Origin: Basidiobolus meristosporus CBS 931.73
Taxonomy: Eukaryota > Fungi > Basidiobolomycota
Assembly: GCA_002104905.1 (NCBI GenBank)
Contig: MCFE01000218.1
Span: 60,719 to 124,718 of the forward strand
Direction of reading: 5' to 3'
Length of the DNA stretch: 64,000 nt
How positions within the stretch are numbered: position 1 is the first letter of the stretch; each line of letters opens with the position of its first letter. Below the pieces are notes generated by a model. That model was not told the origin of the DNA. It did no database searches and saw only the letters and a list, made by a program, of their open reading frames with translations. This document shows, one piece after another, positions 1 through 13,959 of this stretch. Both the position numbers and the translations under genes were made by a program.

Positions 1-76
1 TTCTAAAACAGCATCTGGCTAGTATTGTTATCAATTGTGTGAGATCCAGGGGACTTACTCCATAGCTCACACACAT
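1..76 (+). pseudogene. CACTA/EnSpm-like (Transposase_21-type) transposase fragment, left of the Gypsy insertion
   Basis: Reads ...CEIQGTYSIAHTH and continues after the CACAT duplication at 6121 (YYYPNT), matching CCLMCEIQGTYSISHTLFYYPYPNT in the 16720-17286 relic. Confidence 0.7.
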
Positions 77-740
77 TGTTGTATCCAAGACAAAACGCCA
101 TAAAATCTTGAATGGTTTAACTATGCCCAAGTTACAATTAAGTGCCAAATCTGAGAATTGTCAGAGAGTGGCAGAAATATTAGCAGTTAGGTTCTGGTTT
201 AATATTGGTCTTGTATATAGCCAGGTTTGGCTACAAAGGCAACAGAGTTAGTTTGCTTTGCAGGCTAGGCTTGGGTAAAGACCAGAACACAATTGTGGAA
301 TTCTTAATTTTGCTGAGGCACAATCTTAATATTGTTGAGACATACACTAAACCAAAAGGTTCAGTAAGCTTTATTTATACTTTTCTGATCAAGCTGAATT
401 AGTAAGCATCAAGAGACTGGACTAATTAAAATCAGTTTGGATGCTGATAGCCACATAAAATAAATGAAAACTGCATCATTAATCAGCTGATGTCTTGGCA
501 GCTGCTAAGTGGTTGGATAGATCACAGATGAATAATCACTTAGGAAGGCTTAGTAGATTGATTGAGGACAGAATGACCAATTGAGAATTGATAAGGTGTT
601 ACAGCTAAAAATAGATTCTGAGAATTGATAAAGTGAACCATAACTTGGATTAGCTATTTTTGGGTTAGGGAAAATCAGTTAGGGTACTAGATTTTCTAAC
701 AGAGCAAAATTGGCTAAGTTTTGAATGTTGATGCACAACA
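77..740 (-). repeat. 3' LTR of the chromovirus
   Basis: TGTTG...CAACA termini; homologous to 5517-6120 and to 57972-58668 (opposite strand); lies directly after the chromodomain stop codon. Confidence 0.85.
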
Positions 741-1201
741 TCAATTCATACTGGAGGAGGAGTGCTTGGATACCTTCTGGGTTTCTATGCGGCTCCAATG
801 TTGATTGATGATGGCAACATCATCAAAGTTGGTGTATGGTTCCCAGGTGTTGTGTTTAGCATTGTGACTGTTGTACTTGACCAAATAGAAACATTTTGTT
901 TCTTCCCCATCATGATCCACAATAGCTTCAACTTCCTAGGTTTTAGAAGTTACCAGGTTGTGAGATTTATATTGGGGTGAAGAAGATAGAAAGTTCTTGG
1001 CTAGCAGTGATCCAGTATTGTCTTGAGTACATAAGATCCTCCAGTAGCGCATCTGACAACTTTAAATGGGCCCTCATATTTGGGGTCAGGTTTAGATTAT
1101 TGGTTTGGATCCAGTGTCATGACATATGATGCATCTGGGAAGTTGCTTTTCCTGTATCTTGAGCCATATGTTGAAGTCATCTCTTTCTGTGAGTCTTTAC
1201 T

Positions 1202-1894
1202 TCAGGCACTAATAGCAGGGTAGACAATGTTGGTAAAGTGCCTAAGCCAGTTCATTTGCTTGTCTGTATTCAACTTTGCCAACTTGGTATTCTGGTAGTC
1301 TCCCAATTGGTTGAATTTTCTTCCAAATATTAAAGAAAATGGTGTCAATCCATGTAGAGCAGCAATTTTGGTGTCAATAGCATACTGTACAGGGAAAATG
1401 TACCTGTCCCAATTCTCCTTGGCACCTTTGGTAGATTTCCTAAAGAGGTCAACCAAGATCTGAACATGTCTTTCAGCAAGTTCATTAGCTTTAGGATAGT
1501 ATGGAGTGATCAGATGGTTGTCAATGGTGCTATTCAGGCAAAGGGCTTTGATCATGGGATTCACAGATTCTGCTCTATTACTAGGTTGAATGACCTTAGG
1601 GAATCCAAAGAGGCAGCAGAGCTTGAACAGTGCTTGAGCAATAGTGGCAGCATACTTCTCTGGGATAGCTTTGAGGAAGTCAAGTTGTGTGCAGACATCC
1701 ATAATTACAAAGAGACAGTGATTACTGTCATAACTAGTAGTGAAAGGTCCATCTAGATCAAATGAAATTTGATCTATAGGAAGGCTTGCATGGATGGGAC
1801 TCAAAGGGGGAAATCCATGGCGGTGTGGTGGTGTAGAGGTACTCCTGGGAGAAGCTACACAACTCAAGGAGTGTGAGGTGTCTAATGGGTGCAA
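1202..1894 (-). pseudogene. Gypsy integrase core (rve) fragment
   Basis: HGFPPLSPIHASLPIDQISFDLDGPF...VIMDVCT...YYPKANELAERH...WDRYIFPVQYAID; the second catalytic Asp region is degenerate. Confidence 0.85.
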
Positions 1895-2210
1895 TAACCT
1901 CCAGGTCTAAACTGCTGATGTCTTTGTCAATATGTCTCTATGGCAAAGCTCCTGCTTCTCTTGCTTCCTAGGTGCTCCAAGTGTCTCCAAAGGCCTCTGT
2001 GTGTCTTGTGCACTACCCTGAAAAGCTCCTTGATGGCAGGTCTGAGATGCACTGTTGAAGGCAGGTGCAGTGATCAACTGCTAATCAATAAGGTAGAAGT
2101 GTTACTGATAGAAGAAATGATTTATTGATGAGGGATTGCTTTCCCTCAAATACTTTTCCTGATTGCCAAATGATTACTAATGACAAGGTTCTAGAAGATT
2201 TTAGGTATCA
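1824..2210. mobile_element. About 387-bp TG...CA insertion in the integrase, related to the ends of the 25813-26637 foldback element
   Basis: Starts TGTGGTGGTGTA and contains GGGTGCAATAACCTC, both identical to the foldback arm; flanked by GCGG (1820-1823) and GTGG (2211-2214, a possible CpG-decayed TSD). It interrupts the integrase zinc-finger region. Confidence 0.55.
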
Positions 2211-5200
2211 GTGGAATTCTTAGTAAATGACTCCTCTGTATCAACGTTTCCATTCATTGGTATGTAGGATTCTCCAAGTTGCTGAATCCAGTTGAGAAAT
2301 TATTTCAAAAGTTGTAGTAAGTTTACTTATTATGTCAGTAATCACATGTCCCTCCCAAGGTGAAGTTGGGAAAAGTCTTGAAAGGTGGTCAGGCAGGATG
2401 TTGAGAATTCCTGGGTAATGAATAACTGTACATTCATAATCAAATAGTGTATCAAGCCAGTTGGTAAGCATTGGAGTCAGATTTTTTTAGGTGTGGATAT
2501 AGACAAGGGCTTAGTGGTCAGTGTACAAAGTAAGTGGGTTACCCAATAGATACTGATGAAACTTCTTCAAGGCAAAGATTATGGCAAGTAGCTACTTCTT
2601 GGTGGCAGAGTGGTTTCTCTCAACAGGTTGTAGGGATCTGGCTTGAAAAGAGATCCAGTGAGGAGGATATGGGTCTTCATCCTTGTATAGGACAGCCCCC
2701 ATCCCAACATTAGATGCATCTGTAGCAACAAGAAAGCTCTTAGTAAAGTCTGGGTGTGATAAGGTGGGTGCTTGTGGGAGCAATTGGCAGAGTGACTCAA
2801 ATTCTTGGTCATGAGCCTTGTACCCAGCTGAGGGAAGATGAGAACTATGGCATAATGCATGCAAAGAGGCACTTAATGAGGATATGAGTGGAATGTGTTC
2901 CCCAAAATAGTTGAATACTCCAAGATAATGTTGAAGTTGCTTGGCACCAATGGGTTTTAGCCATTCCAGAATATGGACCTGTCTCAAAGGGTCAAGCCGG
3001 TGGCCATCTGGTGTAAATATGAATCCAAATAGATTGATTTGAGGCAAGCAAAGCTGCACTTTTCAGTTTTAAGAGTCAGTCCAGCAGCTATCAGTCTATT
3101 GATTACATCAATGAAATGAGTTGTATGATCATCATGGTTTATGGAAAATATGATGACATCATTAACAGATACTAAGACATATAGTGCATTCTTGGGTATC
3201 AGAGTCATGACTCTCTGGAAATTGCTGGTAATTTTCATTAGGCTAAAGGGAGCTCCCTGAAACTTCCATTGCATACTGTTCCAAGTAAAAGCAGTCTTAT
3301 GCTGATGATCAGGATGGATCTAGAATTGGTGATATGCACTGTGTAAGTCCAGCTTGGAGAATACTCTTGTGCCTGATAGTGAGGAAGAAAATCCTGGATT
3401 CTTGGAGTTGAAAATTTATTGTCTTAGAGAAGTTTATTCAGAGGTCTAGGGTTCATACAGGGCCTCTTCAGAGTAAGATTTCCATCAGTGTCTTTCTTGG
3501 GTGCAAGAGTCAAAGGGCTGTTAAATGTTGTGTTGACAGGGGCTTGAGTGATAAATCCATTGTCTGCCTACTTTTTGACTATTTTATCAACTAAGTGTTG
3601 GCAAGAATGCAGAATTGAGTTTTTCCTCCTCTATGTTAACTCACCTCATAGGGTTTCTAGAATAACAATGGATTCTGGAATAGTGCAGAAACTGTTCCTG
3701 GGAATGACTTGGTGTTGTTCAATGGCTGGCTGAATTTTCAATTTGACTGCTTGAGAATATGCTTGAAAAGTTGGGGTGACTCCTCTGCTTCCAGATGGGG
3801 TGAGATAATCTCTGAAATCTGATCCATTATGGGTGGCTGAGATTTAGTGATTCCAGGATATGAAACTGGTAGTCTGCCTATGTGAAAGCCAAGTTTAGTA
3901 AAGGTATCAAGACCAATAACTACTGAGGCCCATCTCAAATGTCAATAACTTCCATTTGATGGATTATAGTCATTGAACCACAATGTATGCTAGTTGGATT
4001 GGTGATACCAATTCTTAGGGCTAGAGGTCCTTGGCTGCATGTATGATTTTCCTGATTGCTTTTCTACTTCCAATTTGAGTTCTTTGACTACATTAAGTGA
4101 TACAATAGTGTTGGATGGTCTAGTATCCAGTAGTGATACATATCACTGGCCATTGTGTCTGAGTGACACCTCTATAGTTTTTAGCTGTGTATTTAGTTGC
4201 TACTCTTCTTCAACAGGTACAATTCTAGCCAGAAATTCAAAGAAGTAGTGATAATCTTGAACCATAAGTCCTTCATATGCTTCCCTGTCACACTGTTGTT
4301 TGGATGATCATCTAGAATCTGAATAGTTTTTGCTGATGGTGTACAGTCCTTCTCAGGACAGGCAGGTGATCTATGTCCCATCTTTCCATATTTAAAGCAT
4401 TTGTCATCAGCATATAAAACATTTGGTATTTTGCCCCTTCTCTGACACATTTCTTGACTTGTTTGGCTGCTTAATGATGCCTTTGCATTCACTATTAGAA
4501 TGACAGCATCAACTATGTAACTCACAATGCTTGGTAGCAGATAACTCTGTCTTGGTCACATGGCTGATCTCTTTTCCGGTTGATGTTGCATTGCAAGTGG
4601 CGTTGCTGGAAGCCTGGCTCACAGCTGCAGTCATGGTGATTGCAAGTGTACATATCTCTGAGATTTTGTCATTGGCACATGCACGGTTGCATGCTTTGAC
4701 AATAGCAATATTGCTCTATAGCTGGTGTGAGCAGTTTGAAAGAAAATGGGAAGCAAGCAATAGAATATCATCACTAACTCCAGCTGATCTCATTTGTCTC
4801 TGGAATCTATCACAGAAGTGTTGCACAGATTCACGTTTTTGAGTTTTAGTTTTCCATAAGTTGCAGTTTTGATGTGCTTTCTTGAGGAGATCTTCAAAAT
4901 GGCCGCAAAAAGATATTTTGGGCAATTTTCCATGCACTATCAAAAGCAATATTCACTTCAACCCAGTCAGCATCCTGTATGGGGAGACAGAGAGGCAGAA
5001 GTCTAGCCCACTTGTTGTCCGGATCTAGCTGGTATGCAGCTAAGACATGGCTAAATTTGTAAAGAAGCTCAGTAGGATTCCTTATGGCATTGGCTCCTTC
5101 AGCATAAAGAGGCAAGGATCTTGGGACAACCACTGGGGCAGGTCTAGAGGGAGATGCTGATTTGGATGATCCAAAGGCATGACTTCTTGGTGGCTGATGC

Positions 5201-5516
5201 ATAGTAAGGCTTGATAGATTTTCAATTCTGTCAATTACTATATCAATATTCTCCAGATCTTTTTTGATAATTCCAGTTTCATCTTGGTGACCAGACTTAA
5301 CTTGAAGGAGTTCATCTCTGCAATAATTGTCAGATCTTGTCTTGGCAAGCTTTGAGTGTGCAAGCATCCAGGTGTTTTGTTCATACATGTTTTTTTCAAG
5401 CTGTTGAGTCAGTTCTTCTTGATTTCTGTGAGCTTCTTCCTATATTGAGAAATTTTGATTGCTTGCTACTGAGGACATCTTGTAAGTAGTTGAATGTATT
5501 GGAATTCAACAAACAG

Positions 5517-6120
5517 AGTTGTATCCATGAGAAAAGTGCAACAAAACTCTTGAACAATTTAACTGAACCTAAGTGACTACTAAGTGCAGAATCTTAGAAT
5601 TGTCAGAGAGTGGCAGAAGTATTAGGAGAGAGGTTCTGGTCTAATATTTGTCTTGTATATAGCTGGGTAGGCTTCAAAGGCCACAGAGTTGATTTGCTAT
5701 GCAGGCTAGGCTTGGTGTTCTTGGGAGTGCTAAATGTGATAGGCTTGGGTAGAGACTAGAATTGAATTGTTGGCATCTTAATTTAGCTGAGGCACAATCT
5801 CAATTTTGTTCAGAAACACACTAAACTGAGATGTCCAGTAAGCTTTATTTATACTTTTTGATCAAGTTGAGTTAGCAAGTACCAAGCAACTGGACTAATT
5901 AAAATCAGTTTTGATGTTAATAGGCACATAAGATAAATGAAGAGTGAATCATCATTTGGCTGATGTCTGATCAGCTACCAAGTAGTTGGATAGATCTCCA
6001 ATGAATAATCACTTAGGAAGGCTTTGCAGATTGGCTGAGGATGTAGGACAACCTGAAAATTGTTAAGGTGTGGCAGCCAAAATAGAAAATAGGCCAAGTT
6101 CTAAATGTTGATGCACAACA
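5517..6120 (-). repeat. 5' LTR of the chromovirus
   Basis: Homologous to 77-740, shorter by an internal deletion; followed on the minus strand by the leader and gag start. Confidence 0.85.
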
Positions 6121-6497
6121 CACATTATTATTACCCAAACACCAACATTAAGAGCATCATATTTCCACAGAGAGAACATACAGAGGTCCACATGCAATTG
6201 CAGCAAAGTTGGCAATCTACTAGACATTGGCCAGAATATGGAATTGATTGCAACCCAGAGATACTTAAGATAGTGGGTATCAGTTGGAGCAAGTACCTTT
6301 CACAGGGAGCAATACATTTGCTTTACAACAATATTCCTATACTGATGACCAAGTTGTCCATGGGCATTTCAAGCTAAGTGAGCCCTAGGAGATTCCATAG
6401 AAACTTGAAAGAGTTGACAAGATATTCCAGAACATCTGCTACCCTAAGTTCTTCTCACAGGTCCCTTATAACATTATACAAGTATAAAATACAAGTA

Positions 6498-6858
6498 TGT
6501 TATGATCTACCGCTTGAATGTTTAAGTTAGATTGGTTTCTGGTTGAATCAATTAGTTATATGCTTAGCCTATCAGTATATCAGTGTTATCTATCAAATCA
6601 GAGTATTAGTCAGCAAATGAATCCGCAGATCCTTATCATATAGAAATAGATATATCAAGTAAGATCTTGTTGTGTGATGACAATGCAATTAAATGAGGCA
6701 TCAGCTACCACCTACATTAGGAACTGGTCAGCCATTGATCTGGCAAAATATATATACAGAGCTGATGGAATCTCAATAAAGATCAGTTCAAGTTTTAGTG
6801 AACACAATACTAGCTAAACTCCCATTCCTCCAAAACTCTTATACCAAGACTTGTAACA
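6498..6858 (+). repeat. Solo LTR-like repeat (TGTTATG...GTAACA)
   Basis: About 360 bp with TG...CA ends; diverged reverse-complement match to 7028-7396. Confidence 0.65.
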
Positions 6859-7027
6859 CATACACATATGTAACAATACAAATGCAAAGACTGGATGAAC
6901 CAGAGAGTTATTTATTCAAGTGGCATTCTGAAGCCATTCCTACCAAGAGTACATTGGAAGCATTGGCAGTTGCATGTGGACACTGTAGGAATATTGATCC
7001 AGAAGTGAATCACCAAAGCCAACTTAA

Positions 7028-7396
7028 TGTTAGAAGTCTTGGTGTAAGAGTTGCAGAGGAATAGGGAGTTTAGCTTGTATTGTATTCACTAAAGCTTGAA
7101 CTGATCTTTATTGAGATTCCAGCAGCTTCTTACATACATTTTGCTAGATCAGGTGCCAATTAATTATATTTCCTAATGTAGGCTGTAGCTGATTAATCCT
7201 TTGATTGCATCATCATCACCCAGTAAGATCCTGCCTAATATGTCTATTTCTGTCTGATAAGGATTTGCTGATTCATATGCTGACTAATGCTACTGATTTG
7301 ATAGATAATGCTGATATACTAATAACCTAAGCATATAACTAATTAATTTGAACAAAAACTGATCCAACTTAAACACCCAAGTGGCAGATCATAACA
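7028..7396 (-). repeat. Solo LTR-like repeat, inverted relative to 6498-6858
   Basis: TG...CA ends, 4-bp TSD TTAA (7024-7027 and 7397-7400); the host transposase frame (ITKANL|THLQLLCKVF) rejoins when it is removed. Confidence 0.72.
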
Positions 7397-10300
7397 TTAA
7401 CACACCTACAGCTGTTGTGCAAGGTGTTCATAATGGGATTTGAGTGGCTATACTACAAATATAAAGCTGAATGTGTAGATCTCTGCTGCTACTGTATCCA
7501 TTCTCTACTCCATCATGCTTGGTGTGCTGAGAATATTGGGCCTTGCTTCACCTTTTGGGAGTTTCCTATGGAGCAGATGTATGGGGAGATAGGAAGACAA
7601 GTCAAGTTGCAGGCACTGCCATATCCTAGTCTCATCAAGAATATTACCTTCATGGCTGTCATGGATGTGATGAGTTAGTAATTGGAGGACAGCCAGGAAG
7701 AGTTTGAAAATACTGAGTACAGATGTGCACATGGGGACACCTGTGCCTATAGCATTAGGAAGCTTAGTAGTCCCAATGCGTGGGTTATCAGTTACATAAT
7801 GCAAAGTTAGGTTGGGAGCAACAAGTAACTACCTTTTACTAGGAAACCTCTACTAAGGTATGCCAGATTTCTCTTGGTCTCAAGCCAACTTCTGCACCAA
7901 TCAGTGCAGATTTCACAACGACAAGGGTAACAATGCACCTATAAGGTGGACCAGAGTCCAGCATGGAGAAGGAATATATTGGCTAAATACCCAAAGTTCT
8001 TTGCAGATATTCAGGAAGTATTCATGGCAAAAGTGGCAGCAACCAAGTATATGTTTGCAAGATGTACATGTTACCAGCAGTACAAGGAATATGGCAACTT
8101 TGCAAGTATCACGCTAAAATGCCATAAAGCTGAGGTAATAGTAGCATGTCAATTGCAGCAGATGTGTGATCCAAACTATATGTGGAATAAACAAAGTAGT
8201 AGTGGTTAAGGTATGACATTCTAACAGTTTTAAAGCACTCTGTATTTATTTGAGTGGGCGCAACTAGCCTATATATGCATTGTTTTATATGGTAAGAAGC
8301 TTAATAGTGTTCTGACTGCCTCCTTGCAGACCTTTGCTGGCATTATAATAGTATGATGGCTTACTGCTTGCTCTGTATATAGCTACCATACCAATTTACC
8401 AAATGGTGTTTTCTGTTTCTACCTCCCCTGGCACAATTGATATATTCCACTGTAAAGTTACCCTAGTTTATTTGCTCATGCTTCACTACCTTTTGTCTCC
8501 TATAAAGACCAAGACTGGTCTAGAACTGTTAGGTAGATTGTTAGCTGCTGAATGAGATCAAATAGTCCAATATTTCAACACTTCCCCTCAACTAAATGAT
8601 TTATTGATCCTAATTCCTCTCTGAGACTCTCAAATTATGGCATAGCTAGTGGTTTGCCAATATATATGCCACTATTCTCTCAGTTGGACAGTCAACTAAC
8701 TCTTCTAGGTTATTTTCTACTGCTTCCCTCACAAAGTGGTGTTCTAGGTCTATGTGGTTAGTTCTGGCATAATCAATATGATTCCTAGCTAATGAAATGC
8801 AACTTTTATTATCTTTGTTAATAGATGTTGGTTCATCTGAATCAAAGCCTAGGTCTTTGAATTATTTCATAGCCATATAGCCTTCTTAGTTGCTTGCAAG
8901 CAGCCATATATTCAGCTTAAGATATAGATAGTGCCAAAGTTGGTTGTTTCTTGCAATTCCAAGTAATAGCTGCACCAGCATAAAGAGATACATACCCAGT
9001 GATAGAGCATATATCAATCAGATCTCAACTCCAGTCTGAATTACTATAACCATCAAATATTTGCCTAGTAGCTGCTTCAGAGTATTTCAGTACCATATTT
9101 GTGGTACCTTGTAGATATTTAAAAATCCACTTAACTGCTATAACTTGATCTGATCCATAATGAATTGAATGATTATTCCAACTGCCACTGCAATTTTAGG
9201 ATATGTAGACACCATTAGGTACATCAGGCTACCACCATTGATTCAGAGGGAAAGTTTTGGTTCATATCTGATATGTTTCACCTAATACTGGCAGAGATTT
9301 GCTCAATTATTGATTACTGTCAATGGGGGTAGCTGCAGGCTTGTAATTTCCATTTTGAAGCATCTAAGACAGTCCCTGATGTACATAGACTGATTCAGCA
9401 CAGTTTTCTGCGTATGTATGTCAAATTTCACTTCACTTCCAAGAAAAGAGCTCCATTTTCTCAGAACTTTCATCTCAAACTTGCTGAAGAGATCTGATTT
9501 TGTCTGTTCAAGTGCCTCCTGGTCACTTGTATCCATTATTAGGTTGTCAACATGAAGAACTAGGATGATCACACCCTTTTTGAGCTGCTTCACATATATA
9601 CTGTGATCTGCAGTGCTACAAAGGAGCCCAATCTCCTCTAAGTATGTGTCAATCTTCTTGTAACATGCTCTAGGTGCCTGCTTAAGCCTACACAGCAGTT
9701 TCCTGAGTCTGCACACCTTATGGGGGCTTTTTGGATTGATAAAACCTTCTGGTTGTTCCATATATATTGTTTGTTGCAAATACCTATTTAGAAGGGCTGA
9801 TTTGAAATTCATTTTGTGTAGATGTGGACTGTGAACCGCTGCAAGGGCTAGAACTATTTTACCACAAATATGCTGTGATGCTCCAGAATCAGTTCCCCAT
9901 TCATTACTTGGTAACTTGCACTCTCTTGTACAGTTACAAATAGCTGCTCATTGGTGGTTATATGGCTTGCCTGCTCCAGTTTCTGTTTTTTGTCTGCTTG
10001 TGACTTCTTGCATTCCCTTGCCCAGTGTCCTGGCTTCTTACAGTAGTTACAGCCACCAGGTTTTCTTTAATTTGTTGCTTTTCCTTCTTCTCTATGTGCC
10101 TTTCTGAGCTGAATAACGCTTTGTCTTCAATTTTCTCTGCTTGATTATTATGGCTGAGTTCTTCATTGAGAGCTCTTCCTTTGACATAGTCTAAAGTCAA
10201 ATTACCTTCTCTGCTTTCAAAAGAAAGTATGAGTGGCTCATCATTGTCAGGTAGACAGCAACGCAGACAGCCTATCTTTTCTTCATCATATACACCCGCA

Positions 10301-12324
10301 TAAATGCTGTAAAGCTCTTCTGCAAGTGTCTCCACTCTGGTAATGAGTTGTAGCATGTCATCATCTGGCTACTGTTGCAGTTTAAGAAGTGATTTGGATA
10401 TAAGGAACTTATCAAGAAATAGTGATAATAGCTGAACTGTTGTTTATTCACAAAGAAGCTCAGTATTTATACCTTTGTAGAAGTAATACTGCTGTAACAC
10501 TAAGTAGGGAGGGTTTCTCAATATTCAGGAGCATTCTGTAACAGTTTCAGGGTTAGTACAAAATGTTTGGTAAGAGTGCTAATTTGGTCCTAACCTAGGG
10601 TAATAATCCTAAGATCATACATCTGGAGAAAGTGGCAAAGTTAAGGCATTAAATGAGTCCTACAGTGACTAAGACTAGTCTTGAATTGCTAAGTAAATTA
10701 TTGGCTGCTGAATGATACCAGATAGTCCAATATTTCAGCACTCCCCCTCAACTAAATAATTTCTTAATGCCGATTTCTCTCTAAGGATCTCAAGCTGTGC
10801 CCTAGCTAGTGGTTTTGTCAATATGTCTGCCACCATTTTGTCAGTTGGACAGTAAACTAACTCCACTAAGGTATTTTCTACAGCTTCCCTCACAAAGTGA
10901 TGCAGTATGTCAATGTGCTTAGTTCTGGCATGATCAGTAGGATTTCTAGCTAATGAAATACAACTTTGATTATCCTTGTAAATACATGTTGGTTCACCTG
11001 AATTGAAACCTAAGTCTTTGAATAATTTTTGTAGCCATACAGCCTCCTTAGTTGCTTGACATGCAGCCATATATTTGGCTTCAGTTGTAGATAGGGCCAC
11101 AGTTGGTTGTTTCTTGCATTTCCAAGTAATAGCTGCACCAGCATAAAGAAATACATAGCCTGTGGTAGAGCATCGGTCAATCAGATCCCTACCCCAAACT
11201 GAATCACTATAACCATCAAATATTTGCCTATTAGCTGCTCCAGAATATTCCAGAACCATATTTATGGTACCTTGTAGATATCTGAAAATCCGCTTAACTG
11301 CTGCAATTTGATCTGATCCATAATTCTGATTGAATTGACTGACTATTCCAACTGCCATTGCAATATCTGGACGTGTAGACACCATCAAGTAAATTAGGCT
11401 ACCTGCCATTGATTGATAAGGAAAGTTTTGGTCCGTATTTGAGCCGTTTTATCTATAACTGGCTGATACTTACTTAGTTTCAGGTTATTTTCCATAGGGG
11501 TTGTGCAGGTTTGCAATTTTCCATTTTAAGGCATCAAAGAACATCCCTGATGTACTTAGACTGATTCAGCACAATTTTTGCGTAGATATGTCAAATTTGA
11601 CCTCAATTCCAAGAAAATAGCTCAATTTTCCAAGATCTTTCATCTCAAACTTGCTGAAGAGATCCCATCTTGTCTGTTTAAGTGCCTCTTGGTCACGTGT
11701 AGCTATAATTAGGTTGTCCACATAAAGAACTAGGATGATCACACCCTTTTTGAGCTGTTTCACATATATACTGTGATCTGCAGTGCTACAAGGGAACCCA
11801 ATTTCCTTTAGATATGTGTCAATCTTGTTATACCTTGCTCTAGGTGCCTGCATAAGCCCATACAACAATTTTCTAAGTTTGCACACCTAATGGGGGCCTT
11901 TGGATTGGTAAAACCTTCTGGTTGCTCCATATATATAGTTTCTTGCAAATCCTCATTTAGAAAGGCTGTTTTGACGTCCATTTGGTGTAGATCTAGACTG
12001 TGTACAGCTGCCAGGGCTAGAACTGTCCTAATAGAGTTGAACTTGGCAACCAGAGCAAATGTTTACTTAAATTCTAGTCCCTGGATCTGGGAATAGCCTT
12101 TAGCTACCAATCTAGCCTTGTACTTATCAACGGCACCATTTGAGGTTATCTTAATCTTGTAGACCCATCTACATCCTATTGGCTTTCTCCCACTTGGTAA
12201 ATCTACCAGTTCCCACGTTTTTGCCTTGATCAGTGATTGGTACTCCTCCTGCATGGCTTGTTGCCACTTAGTAGCATCTGGACTTTGCATTGCCTGTTCC
12301 AGATTCTGAGGTTTGGCACATAAG

Positions 12325-12417
12325 CCAAGATAAGCTTCTTCATGATCATTGGATGCCAAGATAAGCTTCTTCATGATCATTGGATGCCAAGATAAGCTTC
12401 TTCAAGATCATTGGATG
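12325..12417. repeat. Three tandem 31-bp units inside Copia pol
   Basis: CCAAGATAAGCTTCTTCATGATCATTGGATG x3, one substitution in the third copy, no spacers. Confidence 0.9.
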
Positions 12418-13959
12418 TCTGCCACCAGGATCCAGGGGCATTTCTTATTCTAGTAGATCTCCTAACTGGGATAATCTGTTCTGATCTGGAACTGGTAGAA
12501 GTATCTTCAGTATCTGGCTGGATTTGGTATGTATCTTCTTCATTAGTGTTGATTGCATCATCAGGCAGCTGGCCAATGATTTCTGTGGCTTTCTGATCAG
12601 AATTCTCCTCAAATACAACGTCCCTGCTCTTGATCAGCTTCTGAATTTTGCCATCATACACTCTATGCCCTTTAGTATCTTCACAATACCCAAGAAAGAT
12701 CCCTTTCCTACTCTTTGGTTTCAACTTTGAGCGTTTTTTGTCAGGGATGTGATAAAAAACATCACTGCCAAAGATCTTGAGGTGCTGGAGATCTGGTTTT
12801 TTGCCTGTATATGCTTCAAGGGGTGTAAAATCACGTAGTGCTGTTGTTGGGCATCTGTTCTTGATGTGTACAGCGGTAGCAACAGATTCCGCCCAAAACT
12901 TGTAGTCCTTTCCTTATCATGTAGCATAGATCTTACCATCTCCACTATTGTTCTATTTGCACATTCTGCTACTCCATTTTGCTGTGAAGTATAAGGAACT
13001 GTGGTCTGTAGAAGTATACCGGTAGATCAGCAGTATTTTGCAAACTTGTTTTAGCAGTATTCACCTCCATTGTCACTTTGTAGCACCTTCAATTTCCACT
13101 CAGTTTGTGTTTCTGTCATGCTCTTGAAGTGCTTAAACATCTCTAAAGCTTCATCCTTTGTTTTGAGGAAGTACACCCATTTATATCTTGTCTTGTCATC
13201 AATGAACGTCATAAAGTATCTGTTGGCTCCTAAGGACAGTGTTCTCATGGGGCTACATATGTCTGAGTGTACAATAGCCAGTATTTTGGTGGTATTGATG
13301 CCTCCTGAGCTCTTGGGAACGTTGCCTAGCTTGTTTGCCATATGAGCATCCCTTACAGACATTCAATTTGATTGGAATTGTGTAATTTAGGCCCAAAACT
13401 AGTTGATTTTTCACCAATTGGCTCATTTTCTGTCTCCTATGTGTCCTAGCCTTCTATGCCATGTCTCCCAGCTGGTTTCATCAGTTTCAGCAATGTTGAC
13501 ATGTTCAGGTACAATGATCTTGCATTGTAACTTGTATATATTGTGATCTCTGATTCCTGAAGCTAATTTTTGTCCATTTTCACTTAGTATTGAGCAGCTC
13601 AGCTTAGTAAAAACAAATTTCAGTCCCTGAGTAGTTATTTACTCACTGAGAGTAGGTTCTTAGCTATTCCAGGTACATGGAGTAGATCAGTCAGTTTTGC
13701 TGTTGTTGCCCCTGAGTTATCACTCATATTTAGTTGTATAGACCCACTGGCAATAGCTTCCAGAGCAGAGTTATCTCCCAGATAAATCTTTCTTACGGGA
13801 ATAGTTTTTGAATTGCTGAACCACTCCTTATACCACAAATATACTGTGATGCTACAGAGTCAATATACCATTGATTACTTTGGTTACTTGCACTCTCTTA
13901 AATGGTTACAAATAACTGTTCATCAGTAGTTATATGGTTTGCTTGCTCTAGTTTCTGTT

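Larger units (their letters stand above)
77..6120 (-). mobile_element. Full-length but decayed Ty3/Gypsy chromovirus (gag, protease, RT, RNase H, integrase, chromodomain)
   Basis: Related LTRs at 77-740 and 5517-6120; 5-bp TSD CACAT at 72-76 and 6121-6125. Frameshifted domains: gag CCHC (CFKYGKMGHRSPAC), RT (YVLVSVNDVIIFS), RNase H (VATDASNVGMGAVL), integrase 1202-1894 (FDLDGPF...ELAERH), chromodomain near 800-950 (WEPYTNFDDVAIINQHW). Confidence 0.92.
6121..8210 (+). pseudogene. CACTA/EnSpm-like transposase relic, interrupted by two solo LTRs
   Basis: Fragments such as HSLLHHAWCAENIGPCFTFWEFPMEQMYGEIG and KYLSQGAIHLLYNNIPILMTKL, homologous to 15882-18260; many stops. Confidence 0.75.

Noticed and set aside
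12325-12417. 31-bp repeats with internal palindromes, superficially CRISPR-like
   Set aside because: The units are directly adjacent with no spacers, there are no cas genes, and they lie inside Copia pol; simple slippage duplication.
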